Shown: positions 40,992 through 50,285 of the stretch, piece after piece
Numbering within the stretch: the stretch's first letter is position 1
Layout: every line of letters begins with the position of its first letter
Assembly (NCBI GenBank): GCA_965208675.1
Contig: OZ242351.1
Location: 352,001-416,000, forward strand
From: Candidatus Poribacteria bacterium
Lineage (GTDB): Bacteria; Poribacteria; WGA-4E; PCPOR2b
DNA: 64,000 nt
Reading direction: 5' to 3'
Position numbers and translations under genes: made by a program
The notes under the pieces: model-generated
Databases searched by the model: none
What the model was told of the DNA's origin: nothing
The model's input: the letters and a program-made list of their open reading frames with translations, nothing else

Positions 40992-42371
40992 ATGAGCAAC
41001 CAAAACCAAGTCAACCGTCGCCAATTTTTGAGTTGTGCGTTCGCCGGATGTCTGACAAGTGTGCTTGGTCCCTTTGCAAAATTGTCTCTTGCGGCAGAAC
41101 TCTTTGCAGGACACCCGTTGGCACCCAAATTGACGCATCATCCCGCGAAAGCCAAAAATCTAATCTTCGTGTTTCTAACCGGCGGATTCGCTCATGTCGA
41201 CACTTTTGACTATAAACCGAAGCTGCAGAGCGATCACGGCAAGGAAATTCCGGCCTGGGGCACCCAAAAACCGCTTATGGGATCGCCGTTTGAATTCCAA
41301 CCATACGGTGAGTCAGGGCTGATGATTAGCGAACTGTTCCCACATCTGGGCGGTATGGCAGACGAACTATGCATCATCAAAAGCCTGCACACCGATATCG
41401 TTGAGCATTTTCAAGCTACCCTTGCCATGCACACAGGATCGGCGACCATACCAATGCCTAGTATCGGAGCTTGGCTAAGTTACGGTTTGGGCACGCAAAA
41501 TCAGAACCTGCCGTCATACATGGTTTTGTGCGAAAACATACCCTATGCTGGGTCGCAGGTATGGGATAATCATTTTCTTCCGCCGCTGCATCAAGGTGTG
41601 CGTATACAACCTGGTGATGAGCCGGTTGCAAACCTGAAGTCGAAGTCTCAAGCGGTAACGCTTAAAGAGCTCGAGCACATCATGCTGCGAGACATTAATA
41701 AAATCCACGTCCGTGAGCGTCCTGGAGATTTGGAACTGCTCGCCCGAATGAACGCCAACGACACCGCAGTTGGAATGATGCAAACCGCGCCAATGGTGTT
41801 CGATCTCACCAGAGAGAACGATGCCACATTCGATCTGTATGGGCTGACGCGCGGAGACAACAGTTCATTCGCGTGGCAGTGCCTCGTTGCACGCCGCCTG
41901 GTGGAAAACGGTGTTCGCGTCGTGGAGCTCATCGACACCGGAGCCACTAACAACTGGGATGCGCACGGGAATATGCAAGATCACCGTCCGAAAGCGGAAC
42001 GCGTAGATCGCCCGCTCGCTGCGTTAATCAGGGATTTGAAGGATCGTGGAATGCTCGATGAAACGCTTATCGCTATTTGCACGGAATTCGGACGCACGCC
42101 GTTTTCAAATAATATGGCGGGACGCGAACATCATGCTAGCGCCTTCTCATGTCTGCTCGCGGGTGCCGGCGTCCAGGGCGGGACAACTTACGGCGAAACA
42201 GATGACTACGGCGTTGAGATTGCTTCTCTACCCTGTCACGTCCACGACTACCACGCCACTATCCTGCACCTCATGGGCATTGACCACACAAAATTGACTT
42301 ACCGTTATGCGGGTCGAGATTTCCGCCTAACAGATGTGAGCGGAAATGTCCTCCAAGAAGTTCTGGCATGA
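40992..42371 (+). CDS. DUF1501 domain protein with Tat-like signal
   Basis: NRRQFL, GGFAHVDTFDYKP, WDAH, EFGRTP, HATILHLMG. Confidence 0.92.
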   Translation: MSNQNQVNRRQFLSCAFAGCLTSVLGPFAKLSLAAELFAGHPLAPKLTHHPAKAKNLIFVFLTGGFAHVDTFDYKPKLQSDHGKEIPAWGTQKPLMGSPFEFQPYGESGLMISELFPHLGGMADELCIIKSLHTDIVEHFQATLAMHTGSATIPMPSIGAWLSYGLGTQNQNLPSYMVLCENIPYAGSQVWDNHFLPPLHQGVRIQPGDEPVANLKSKSQAVTLKELEHIMLRDINKIHVRERPGDLELLARMNANDTAVGMMQTAPMVFDLTRENDATFDLYGLTRGDNSSFAWQCLVARRLVENGVRVVELIDTGATNNWDAHGNMQDHRPKAERVDRPLAALIRDLKDRGMLDETLIAICTEFGRTPFSNNMAGREHHASAFSCLLAGAGVQGGTTYGETDDYGVEIASLPCHVHDYHATILHLMGIDHTKLTYRYAGRDFRLTDVSGNVLQEVLA

Positions 42372-42424
42372 TTTCGGGTGTAGTTGGAGTGCCTAAATCG
42401 CCTTCTTACTTTCTGCTGCACTTG

Positions 42425-43825
42425 CTAGGCAAACTGGCGAAAGACGGTATAACTGGCGAGAGCGACCATGATGAGAAAGCATATCCAAAGAATGGAGTCG
42501 GCCTTCCACGTTGGTCTAATATGGCGGTTTACGTGGGTATAGCGCAGGTAGATCGTGCTGCCGGCGACGATTGGCATCATTATTGCCGCAATTGTGCCGC
42601 TTATGGTGAGCATCCAGACAGGGTTTTCAATAAAGAAATAGCACAGCGCCATGATCATGGGGGAAACTACAGCCCAGATTCGCATGACCCGCACACGGCC
42701 TCGATAGTCATCGGGATTAATCACGCCCAATACACCCATCGCGTCAGCAATCATGCGTGTACCCCCTGCTAGTGCTGAAACCACGGTCGAGAACAATACA
42801 AAGAATGCCCCTAGCAGGAATAACCACGCCGCCCATTCACCCAACGTTTGAGTGTACACGTGGGATAAGATGCTGATCGTGTTGAGACCATTCGGTACGG
42901 TTTCCATTTGATGCAACACACCGGCCCCCAACATATAGAAGGGCACTGTCGCACAAGTCAACACTCCCAATGTCAGCAATACATCAGCCTGCATGACCCG
43001 TATCCAGCCGCGTGCGCGGTGTATCCATTCCGGACTATCATCAGTAGGCCCTGTGAAACGTGCATAACCCTTCTCCACGCACCAATACGTATAGGACATT
43101 GACTCACCCGCAGTCACCCCGGTGGCGCCGTATGCTCCCAGCGCAGCAGCCACTGCGTATGCCGGGAACTGAAATTGTAAGCCAGCGCCCACATCGCCCC
43201 ACGTAATCGCATATGGAGTGAATTGCAACATGACAGCGCACGCCAGCGTGAGAAAAGTAAAAGTTGCAACCATAAAGGTCATCAACTTTTCTAGGAAGCG
43301 ATAGGTGCCGCTCAGAATCAAAACCACCGCTAGTGCAGCAAACATTACCGTCCACCATTTCGATGCGAGAAATGGAAACGCCATGTGAACCGCCTGCCCT
43401 ACCCCGCCGTAGACGCCGCCGCCGCCTAAGTGCGCCGGAATTTGCTGGAACATCCACAACCAGATAAACCATGAAATCGTCTTTCGAGGTCCCGGTAGTT
43501 TGCCCGGCAATCGATTAAAGGCGTGCAGCACAGTCTCGCCGGAAGAAACCGTATAACGCCCCAGTTCTGCCTGGACAATACTCTTTCCCCAACTGCTTAC
43601 CAACATCCACCAGAACATCACGAATCCAACGGTTGCGCCGAGTGTCGTTGTCATGATAATCTCACCGGAGCCAACTACGGTGCCTACCAAGATTAACCCC
43701 GGTCCGAGAAACTTCAGCGTATTCCATAACCCGACGGGCGGTTCTCTAGCATCTTCATGATGGCGAGTATAAGGATCTATGTGGAGATTCTGCCTAGATG
43801 GTTTAAGTTCATCATTTTGTGGCAT
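42425..43825 (-). CDS. Nramp-family transporter
   Basis: LGPGLILVGTVVGSGE, about 11 TM segments, YTYWCVEKGYA. Confidence 0.8.
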   Translation of the reverse strand: MPQNDELKPSRQNLHIDPYTRHHEDAREPPVGLWNTLKFLGPGLILVGTVVGSGEIIMTTTLGATVGFVMFWWMLVSSWGKSIVQAELGRYTVSSGETVLHAFNRLPGKLPGPRKTISWFIWLWMFQQIPAHLGGGGVYGGVGQAVHMAFPFLASKWWTVMFAALAVVLILSGTYRFLEKLMTFMVATFTFLTLACAVMLQFTPYAITWGDVGAGLQFQFPAYAVAAALGAYGATGVTAGESMSYTYWCVEKGYARFTGPTDDSPEWIHRARGWIRVMQADVLLTLGVLTCATVPFYMLGAGVLHQMETVPNGLNTISILSHVYTQTLGEWAAWLFLLGAFFVLFSTVVSALAGGTRMIADAMGVLGVINPDDYRGRVRVMRIWAVVSPMIMALCYFFIENPVWMLTISGTIAAIMMPIVAGSTIYLRYTHVNRHIRPTWKADSILWICFLIMVALASYTVFRQFA

Positions 43826-43912
43826 TTGCCAGTACCCCAGTTGGTAAATTCTGTATTTGCCGTCTAGTGGAAAAAACGCATACGCAAAGGTGAGGTTTCA
43901 ATCTTCATAAAC

Positions 43913-46504
43913 TCATCCCATAGACGCCAATTCCAACTGATCCTTCCATAATATTTGCAACATCGCTTTTAATGCTTGGTGCTCTGCTCTCTTCAGTGTC
44001 GGATCGGACTTTGTGAGTAACGCCGCCTCGGATTTTGCAAGCTCAAGCAGTGGGGCATCTCTGATAATATTGGCAATTTTGAAATCCGGAAGTCCGGATT
44101 GCCGTGTCCCAAAAAATTCACCCGGCCCCCGAATTCGCAGGTCTTCCTCTGCAAGCTTAAATCCGTCGTTGGTCAGTGTCATTGCTTTGATGCGGCTCAC
44201 GCTATCTTCACCTTTCGGATTGGCAATGAGGTAGCAGGAGGATTTGTGTTTGCCGCGTCCAACGCGGCCGCGCAACTGATGCAATTGCGCTAAACCGAAC
44301 CGTTCAGCATTTTCAATCACCATTATCGTGGCGTTAGGGCAATCAATTCCGACTTCAATGACTGTTGTTGACACCAAAACATCAATTTGCCGATTCTTCA
44401 GGTGAAACATCACTTCCTGTTTCTCGGCTGATTTCATCCGCCCGTGTAAAAGCCCGACTCGTAGGTGAGGAAAGACGCTGTTTTGGAAGTGTTCCGCCAT
44501 TTCCGTTGCAGCTTTTGTATCTTCAAGTTTTTCTGATTCTTCAACGAGCGGATACACGATGTAAGCCTGCCTCCCGCGCCGAATTTCCGTCTCAATTTGC
44601 GCGTACAGTTGGCTGCGGTTTTTCTCTTTCACCCATTTTGTGGCAATCTCACGCCGCCCAGGCGGCATCTCATCTATCACCGAGACATTTAAGTCGCCAT
44701 AGACTGTTAATGCAAGCGTTCGAGGAATAGGCGTGGCTGTCATAACAAGTACATCAGGAGTATTTCCTTTGTCCCGCAGCGTCGCCCGCTGCATAACGCC
44801 GAAGCGGTGCTGCTCGTCAATGATGACGAGGCCTAGCTGGTGAAATTCAACACCCTCTTGGATTAGGGCGTGCGTCCCAACAACGATGTGCGCTGAACCA
44901 TCCGCGGTGGCAGCGAGGACCGCTTCACGTTCTTTCTTAGGAAGTTCGCTTTTGAGCAACACCACGTTTAAGTTCATGGGTTTGAGTAGTTCGGTTAAGT
45001 TGTATACGTGTTGCTCGGCTAGAATCTCCGTAGGCACCATGATTGTACCTTGGTACCCGCTCTGGATGGCGCACAGCAGCGCTATTACCGCAACGATGGT
45101 CTTACCGGACCCGACATCGCCTTGGAGCAACCGATTCATAGCTTGAGCCATGCTCATGTCGCTTTTGATTTCCGCAATGACCCGTTCTTGTGCATGAGTC
45201 AATTGGAACGGCAGAGAATCGAAAAATTTTCGAATTAGGTCGCCTTCAACTTGGAAAACAATCCCTTTTTCTTTCATCTCCCACCGCCGCTTTTTTAATT
45301 CAAGCCCTACTTCCAGCAGTAAGAATTCTTCAAACACAAGCCGTCGTCGCGCAGCTTTGAGTGATGGTTCCGAGGTCGGAAAGTGGATTTCGCCAATCGC
45401 GGAACGCCGGTCCAACAACCGATGTTTTCGAAGGAGGTCTAACGGGAGAATGTCGGGACACCGCTCTAGGTTTTCATCAAGTACGCTTTTCACCCATTGG
45501 CGGAGCATGCGTTGAGTGACATTAGCCGTTAGCGGGTATTTCGGCACGATTCGACCGGTGTGAATCAGGTCAGCATCCTCATCGTCAAGTATTTCGACTT
45601 CAAAGTCGGTCGTCTGAATCTCATTGTTGCGGCGGGCGAATTTCCCGCTCACGACCACCCGCGTCCCGATTTTCAACTGGTGCTTGAGATAAGTAATTCG
45701 ACGTCCAAAACTCACAAGCATTGCCACTCCCGTTTCATCGTAGACGGCAAATTTGCCGACCGGCTTGGCGCCGCGGCGGCGCGGGGTAAATTGTGTCCGA
45801 TTGACAATTTTCCCTTGAATTGTCTCGTGCCCATCTGCCCGCCCAACATCATAGATTGACCGAAACTGACTCCGATTCAGATAGCCCCTTGGGTAGTATT
45901 GCAATAAATCCCCAACCGTATGAATATCGAGTTCTGATGCGAGTTTCTCCGCACGCCGCGGGCCGATGCCCTTTGAGCACTTAATCGATGTCTGTAGAAA
46001 ATTTAGTGAAGAAGGGTCGGTCGAAGCCGGTGCATCTGAAATCGTGGCTTTTAAAGTAGAGAATTCTGCCTGAATCTCAGCGCTTGCCGCTGGTGAAGAA
46101 ACGTCTGAAATATCAAGAATTGGACCTGGAATTTTGGACGGTTCTTCATCTGCTGATTGGATCAGTGCGGCAGTATGAGGGCTTGATTGCAACAGGGCGG
46201 AATCTTCGGCCGAAGACGTTGCCGCCGGCGTATCGCCCAGCATCTTCTTTATTTGTTGTGTTGCGTTATGGATTACGTCAAGCCGCTCTGTCGGTGACAA
46301 CACCGCATAATCTGCAAACATATTCGCCATCGCGTTTAGCGACTTTTCTTCGGCGGGATTAAGTAACAAGGCGCGGGCCTTTTCCACCCAATTGGACACG
46401 TAGTTTCCGAGACCGTTAACCGCCGCATCGTTCTCGCACCCGTTGCGGACTTCCTGTTGAAATGGGCGGCGAATTGTCCTTAGTATTTCGGAAAGTTCAT
46501 TCAT
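43913..46504 (-). CDS. recG: ATP-dependent DNA helicase RecG with N-terminal extension
   Basis: QGDVGSGKT, DEQHRFG, TATPIPRT, LHQLRGRVGRG, DLRIRGPGE. Confidence 0.96.
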   Translation of the reverse strand: MNELSEILRTIRRPFQQEVRNGCENDAAVNGLGNYVSNWVEKARALLLNPAEEKSLNAMANMFADYAVLSPTERLDVIHNATQQIKKMLGDTPAATSSAEDSALLQSSPHTAALIQSADEEPSKIPGPILDISDVSSPAASAEIQAEFSTLKATISDAPASTDPSSLNFLQTSIKCSKGIGPRRAEKLASELDIHTVGDLLQYYPRGYLNRSQFRSIYDVGRADGHETIQGKIVNRTQFTPRRRGAKPVGKFAVYDETGVAMLVSFGRRITYLKHQLKIGTRVVVSGKFARRNNEIQTTDFEVEILDDEDADLIHTGRIVPKYPLTANVTQRMLRQWVKSVLDENLERCPDILPLDLLRKHRLLDRRSAIGEIHFPTSEPSLKAARRRLVFEEFLLLEVGLELKKRRWEMKEKGIVFQVEGDLIRKFFDSLPFQLTHAQERVIAEIKSDMSMAQAMNRLLQGDVGSGKTIVAVIALLCAIQSGYQGTIMVPTEILAEQHVYNLTELLKPMNLNVVLLKSELPKKEREAVLAATADGSAHIVVGTHALIQEGVEFHQLGLVIIDEQHRFGVMQRATLRDKGNTPDVLVMTATPIPRTLALTVYGDLNVSVIDEMPPGRREIATKWVKEKNRSQLYAQIETEIRRGRQAYIVYPLVEESEKLEDTKAATEMAEHFQNSVFPHLRVGLLHGRMKSAEKQEVMFHLKNRQIDVLVSTTVIEVGIDCPNATIMVIENAERFGLAQLHQLRGRVGRGKHKSSCYLIANPKGEDSVSRIKAMTLTNDGFKLAEEDLRIRGPGEFFGTRQSGLPDFKIANIIRDAPLLELAKSEAALLTKSDPTLKRAEHQALKAMLQILWKDQLELASMG

Positions 46505-46996
46505 ATTGTTTGAATCACAGATCCAAATTTCGACAAATCAATTGGGTGGATCCTACCGGTTAGTTTCATGCATCCCGATTACTAAGCAGACAAGCGGCTG
46601 TCAACATCTACGAATTGTATTGTAAACAACAGTTCGCTTACATTATACACCAATGTACACTCAACTCAAAAAACATAATGCGGTAGAACGAGGGCGAACA
46701 GAGTTTACTTCGCGGTGAAAATCTTACCTTAAGAACTGAAGCGCAGCGATTTTTCAAGTATTTCAAAAATACAGATGATAATTTCTTTCCAATTTTGGAA
46801 AACTATTATATACTATCAATATTTCTTGAAGTACCAAAAAATCTATCGCTTGTTTTTGTGCTTAATTTTAATTAACGCAATGATAACTTGAAGGCTTGAA
46901 TAAATCCAGTCATAGAGCGGGTTTCTCTTGTTTTATCCTAGTTAAATATGGTATAATTACTTAACAAATCTTAACCATATAACTAGGAGGCAAGCG

Positions 46997-47890
46997 ATGA
47001 ATCTGATAAGGATTATGAATCAGTTTACAGATCAGAAATCCTGTATCGAACATCTCGAAGCAATTCGCTGGGGCAAACAACCCTATTGCCCCTATTGCGG
47101 AAGTTTGGACGTGGCTCGCAAGGAAGAAAACGGAAAGATTGGTAGATGGAACTGCCATCTGTGCAAATCCAGTTTCAATGTCCTTGCCAAGACCATGTTC
47201 GCCGGAACACGTGTGCCACTTCAAAAGTGGTTTCTCGCTATTGCACTTGTGGCAAACGCCAAAAAGAGCATATCGAGTTACCAACTGGCACGTGATATAG
47301 GCGTAACTCAGCCTACCGCTTTGTATATGCAACACCGTATCCGTGCTGAGATGGCTCGGAAGTCGTCCCCATTGCTCAAAGGTATCTTGGAAGCTGATGA
47401 GACCTTTATTGGTGGCAAGCCAAGGCGCCGGAAAGACGATGACGGCAATCTGCCGCCGCCCAGCCCACGCGGACGCGGCACAAAGAAAACCAAGGTGCTT
47501 GGCGTTGTAGAGCGCGGGGGTGCTGTTGCTGCAAGAGTCTTGACACATCTGGGCAGTTCTGCTATAATGAAGTTCATTAAGCAGTTTACCAAGCCCAAAG
47601 AATCAACGCTCATGACGGACGAATACAAAGGCTATCTGCCTGTCAAGTCTATCATGGAGCATAAGGTCGTCAAACATGCCGAGCGCAAGTATGTTGATGA
47701 GGACGACCCGTCAATCCACACGAACACCATTGAAGGGTTCTGGAGTTTAATCAAGCGAGCATGGTACGGGACGCATCATCACTATTCAAAGAAAAACGCC
47801 CCGCTATACGTAGCCGAGGCGTGTTACAAGTACAACAACAGAGGCGTGAGGAAATTGTTCGATAAGTTTCTCAGGGGGTGTTTTGCGTAG
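46997..47890 (+). mobile_element. IS1595-family (ISXO2-like) transposase
   Basis: Zn ribbon CPYC...CHLC; EADETFIGG, TDEYKGY, HTNTIEGFWS; AGGAGG RBS. Confidence 0.92.
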
Positions 47891-48107
47891 TAGGCGGCAC
47901 AGGCGGTTGCGGGTGGACATATACACCGTGATATTGGGTCAAGTGATTGATATACGCTTGGGTAAGTGTGTTGAGTTGAGTTCGGATAGCATCTAATTGT
48001 CGATTCGTGTCTTTTTCCATCATGGAGATTTGTGTTGTAATCTTCCACCACATACTTAACATGGTTAAGACCAAAACAGCAGTACAGCATATGATAGTTG
48101 CTTCCAT
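47871..48107 (-). CDS. small TM-anchored coiled-coil protein
   Basis: GGAGGTG RBS; TM helix, heptads, C-terminal LTQAYINHLTQYH; own promoter. Confidence 0.65.
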   Translation of the reverse strand: MEATIICCTAVLVLTMLSMWWKITTQISMMEKDTNRQLDAIRTQLNTLTQAYINHLTQYHGVYVHPQPPVPPTTQNTP

Positions 48108-48240
48108 TGTATTTCACCTCCTAAAAAAAGCCGCCAAACCACATTGTTTGACGGCTTTAGGTATTCGACGATTTGATTACATTGGATAGACAAAAGCAAG
48201 GAGTTTTCTGCCTTGCGATTAGGTGTAACCAAACGCGAGT

Positions 48241-48269
48241 ATTGTATACTATTACATTGCGTTTGTCAA
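48241..48269 (-). promoter_or_regulatory. sigma70-type promoter for the 48107 gene
   Basis: Minus strand TTGACA-17 nt-TACAAT. Confidence 0.7.
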
Positions 48270-48521
48270 ACAACAAAAGTATGGCGACGGGAGCGTAAGT
48301 TCCTAATCAATCGACAACAGTAGTGTGGTTAAATTGTCTCCCACCCCCGTCATAAGAGGGAGGCGAGAACAGGCTGGAGGGGCCAACGGCCATTGGATTA
48401 CTAGGACAATGGACGCGGCCAAATTGCCTGTTCCCCCCATAAGTTTCTCAAGGGGTGTTTTGCGTAAGGGGGGAACACCACAGGAGAACCAGTACGGTTG
48501 AGTGTTGAAATGTGTCAGTGT

Positions 48522-48734
48522 TTATCTATGATTTACAATAGACACTGATCCCAAGAGTTTGCGCTGTTGTTCAGCGGTTACTCGTAACAATGTCGCGGCG
48601 CGGGCACTACCGTTAGCGTCAAATGCACCCGTCCGCACTCTTGCTTCAAAATATGAAGCAAAGGTTTCCAATATTTGGACTTGTGTGTCAAAGTTCAGCA
48701 CGTCGCCAGTGTTATCGGAAATCAACTGTATCAT
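48522..48734 (-). CDS. small hypothetical protein
   Basis: AAAGGAG before ATG 48734 (MIQLISDNTG...). Confidence 0.5.
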   Translation of the reverse strand: MIQLISDNTGDVLNFDTQVQILETFASYFEARVRTGAFDANGSARAATLLRVTAEQQRKLLGSVSIVNHR

Positions 48735-48939
48735 TTCCGCACTCCTTTCTAAGCAGCGCGTACTGGTCATTGTATTTCCTGTGGTGTTCCATAAGGGCAG
48801 TGGGTGTTACCAGCACCCACTGCTAGTTATCCACAACTTTTCCACAATAGGATGAATACATAGGGTACGATGGCTAAAAGCATCATTACTATTGCGGTTT
48901 CAATGCGTTCTCGTATTCTGAACATTTGGAGGTAGTGTC

Positions 48940-49101
48940 GTGAAAAAGGTTAAGAAGTTAATCGGGCGCATAATGTACAGAATGATACAATGGCGACTGA
49001 TTGATTATGTGCCCGATCTACAACGTACTAGTGGTGCGCCACTGGTACGATTAGAGCCCAGCAATGAAGCCAATAAAAAATTGAGTGGTACTCCAATTTA
49101 G
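48940..49101 (+). CDS. possible 53-aa basic peptide
   Basis: GGAGGT before GTG; MKKVKKLIGRIMYRMIQWRL...; below ORF-track cutoff. Confidence 0.35.
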   Translation: MKKVKKLIGRIMYRMIQWRLIDYVPDLQRTSGAPLVRLEPSNEANKKLSGTPI

Positions 49102-49298
49102 AGGACTTTAATATCACCGCGCCCATCTTGATGAACACTGAGTTTAATAACAGGTTCGCCGCTCTTATTGAAGATGTCAATATACGCACCTAAATTATCG
49201 ATCGACACTTCAATTTTAGACCGGTTTGATGGGTGAACAACGGTTAAATGTTCACAAGTAACATGTCGAAATATTTCATCCTTGGGTTGTTTTTGCAT
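49098..49298 (-). CDS. small hypothetical beta-rich protein
   Basis: AGGAGG RBS; overlaps the end of the upstream gene. Confidence 0.55.
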   Translation of the reverse strand: MQKQPKDEIFRHVTCEHLTVVHPSNRSKIEVSIDNLGAYIDIFNKSGEPVIKLSVHQDGRGDIKVL

Positions 49299-49986
49299 TG
49301 TGAACCTCCTTGCAATCGGGACATAGGCGGTATCCTATTGCCATAACTATTCGCACGATGCTTTCGCGTATAGGCAACGTCAAGTATTTACATGATTTAT
49401 CAAGATGGTACTTGTTGCTCGTGGCGCAAGTGTAAACTACCGTAGTCTCAGGAAGGTGCACTAACTCAGCTGGCGCATCTTCCCATGGGTAAGATGTATC
49501 AGCTTCAGCCGTCGTATACCGGTTTGGCTTTACTGGCAGTTCGGTATCGCGTTGCAAGCCGTCCACATGCCACGAGTAAATCAAGCCATTTGGTCGTGTG
49601 AACATCTGTATGACAAGTGGCATAGCATTGCGTTGTTTGGCTTTAGCACGCAACGCATTCGATATTCCGGTTAATGCTCCACTTAATGCTCCACCGCCGG
49701 TACGTGGAGGGGAAGCAGGCCTCGTTGGGATATAAAATCGTTTTTCCCAAACGTAAATACTGCCATCTTGTCCATCAGATGCAGTATACGAATATGCTCC
49801 GTTCACTTGGATATATTCCGATATGTGTGAACCAACCCAAGAGTTCATTGCGTTTTGGCGTTGTTCTGCCATTTTGTGGGCACACCCTAGTCCTACAATT
49901 GATGTTAGCAACAATGCGACGCCTAGACGCTTTGTAATAGCATCCAGGCGTTTGTGATTGAGTTCCGATTGTTCCAATGTTGACAT
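49276..49986 (-). CDS. putative lipoprotein with C-terminal Ada-like zinc-binding motif
   Basis: AAGGAG before ATG 49986; VGLGC lipobox-like; KYHLDKSC...GYRLCPDC. Confidence 0.6.
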   Translation of the reverse strand: MSTLEQSELNHKRLDAITKRLGVALLLTSIVGLGCAHKMAEQRQNAMNSWVGSHISEYIQVNGAYSYTASDGQDGSIYVWEKRFYIPTRPASPPRTGGGALSGALTGISNALRAKAKQRNAMPLVIQMFTRPNGLIYSWHVDGLQRDTELPVKPNRYTTAEADTSYPWEDAPAELVHLPETTVVYTCATSNKYHLDKSCKYLTLPIRESIVRIVMAIGYRLCPDCKEVHNAKTTQG

Positions 49987-50285
49987 TTCATCTCCTTTTA
50001 ATGGGTGGGACAACACTTCAGGCTGATACGGCGTCTGAGATTTGGGTGGCGCCGTATCACTTGCGGGGGGACTAGAGTAACCCCCACCTGAAGTGCTATC
50101 CCATATTAGCATAGGTGCAGACCCCAAGCCTGCACCTATGCTAAATGATCGCCTATAGGAGGCGAAATGTCAAGAATGTTTTAACAGATGTAAGAATTAC
50201 AGTCAAGCCAATAGATCATTAGCGCGTTACCAAATTACACAACTTGGCACGTGTGCCAAGTATATCATTGCCTTAAGGAGATATA

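Larger units (their letters stand above)
47862..48466 (+). repeat. 28-bp direct repeat of the transposase 3' end
   Basis: ATAAGTTTCTCAGGGGGTGTTTTGCGTA (47862-47889) and ATAAGTTTCTCAAGGGGTGTTTTGCGTA (48439-48466); 1 mismatch. Confidence 0.85.

Noticed and set aside
46961-47548. 195-aa antisense ORF over the IS1595 transposase, and other antisense ORFs in the track
   Set aside because: Shadow ORFs opposite well-supported genes.
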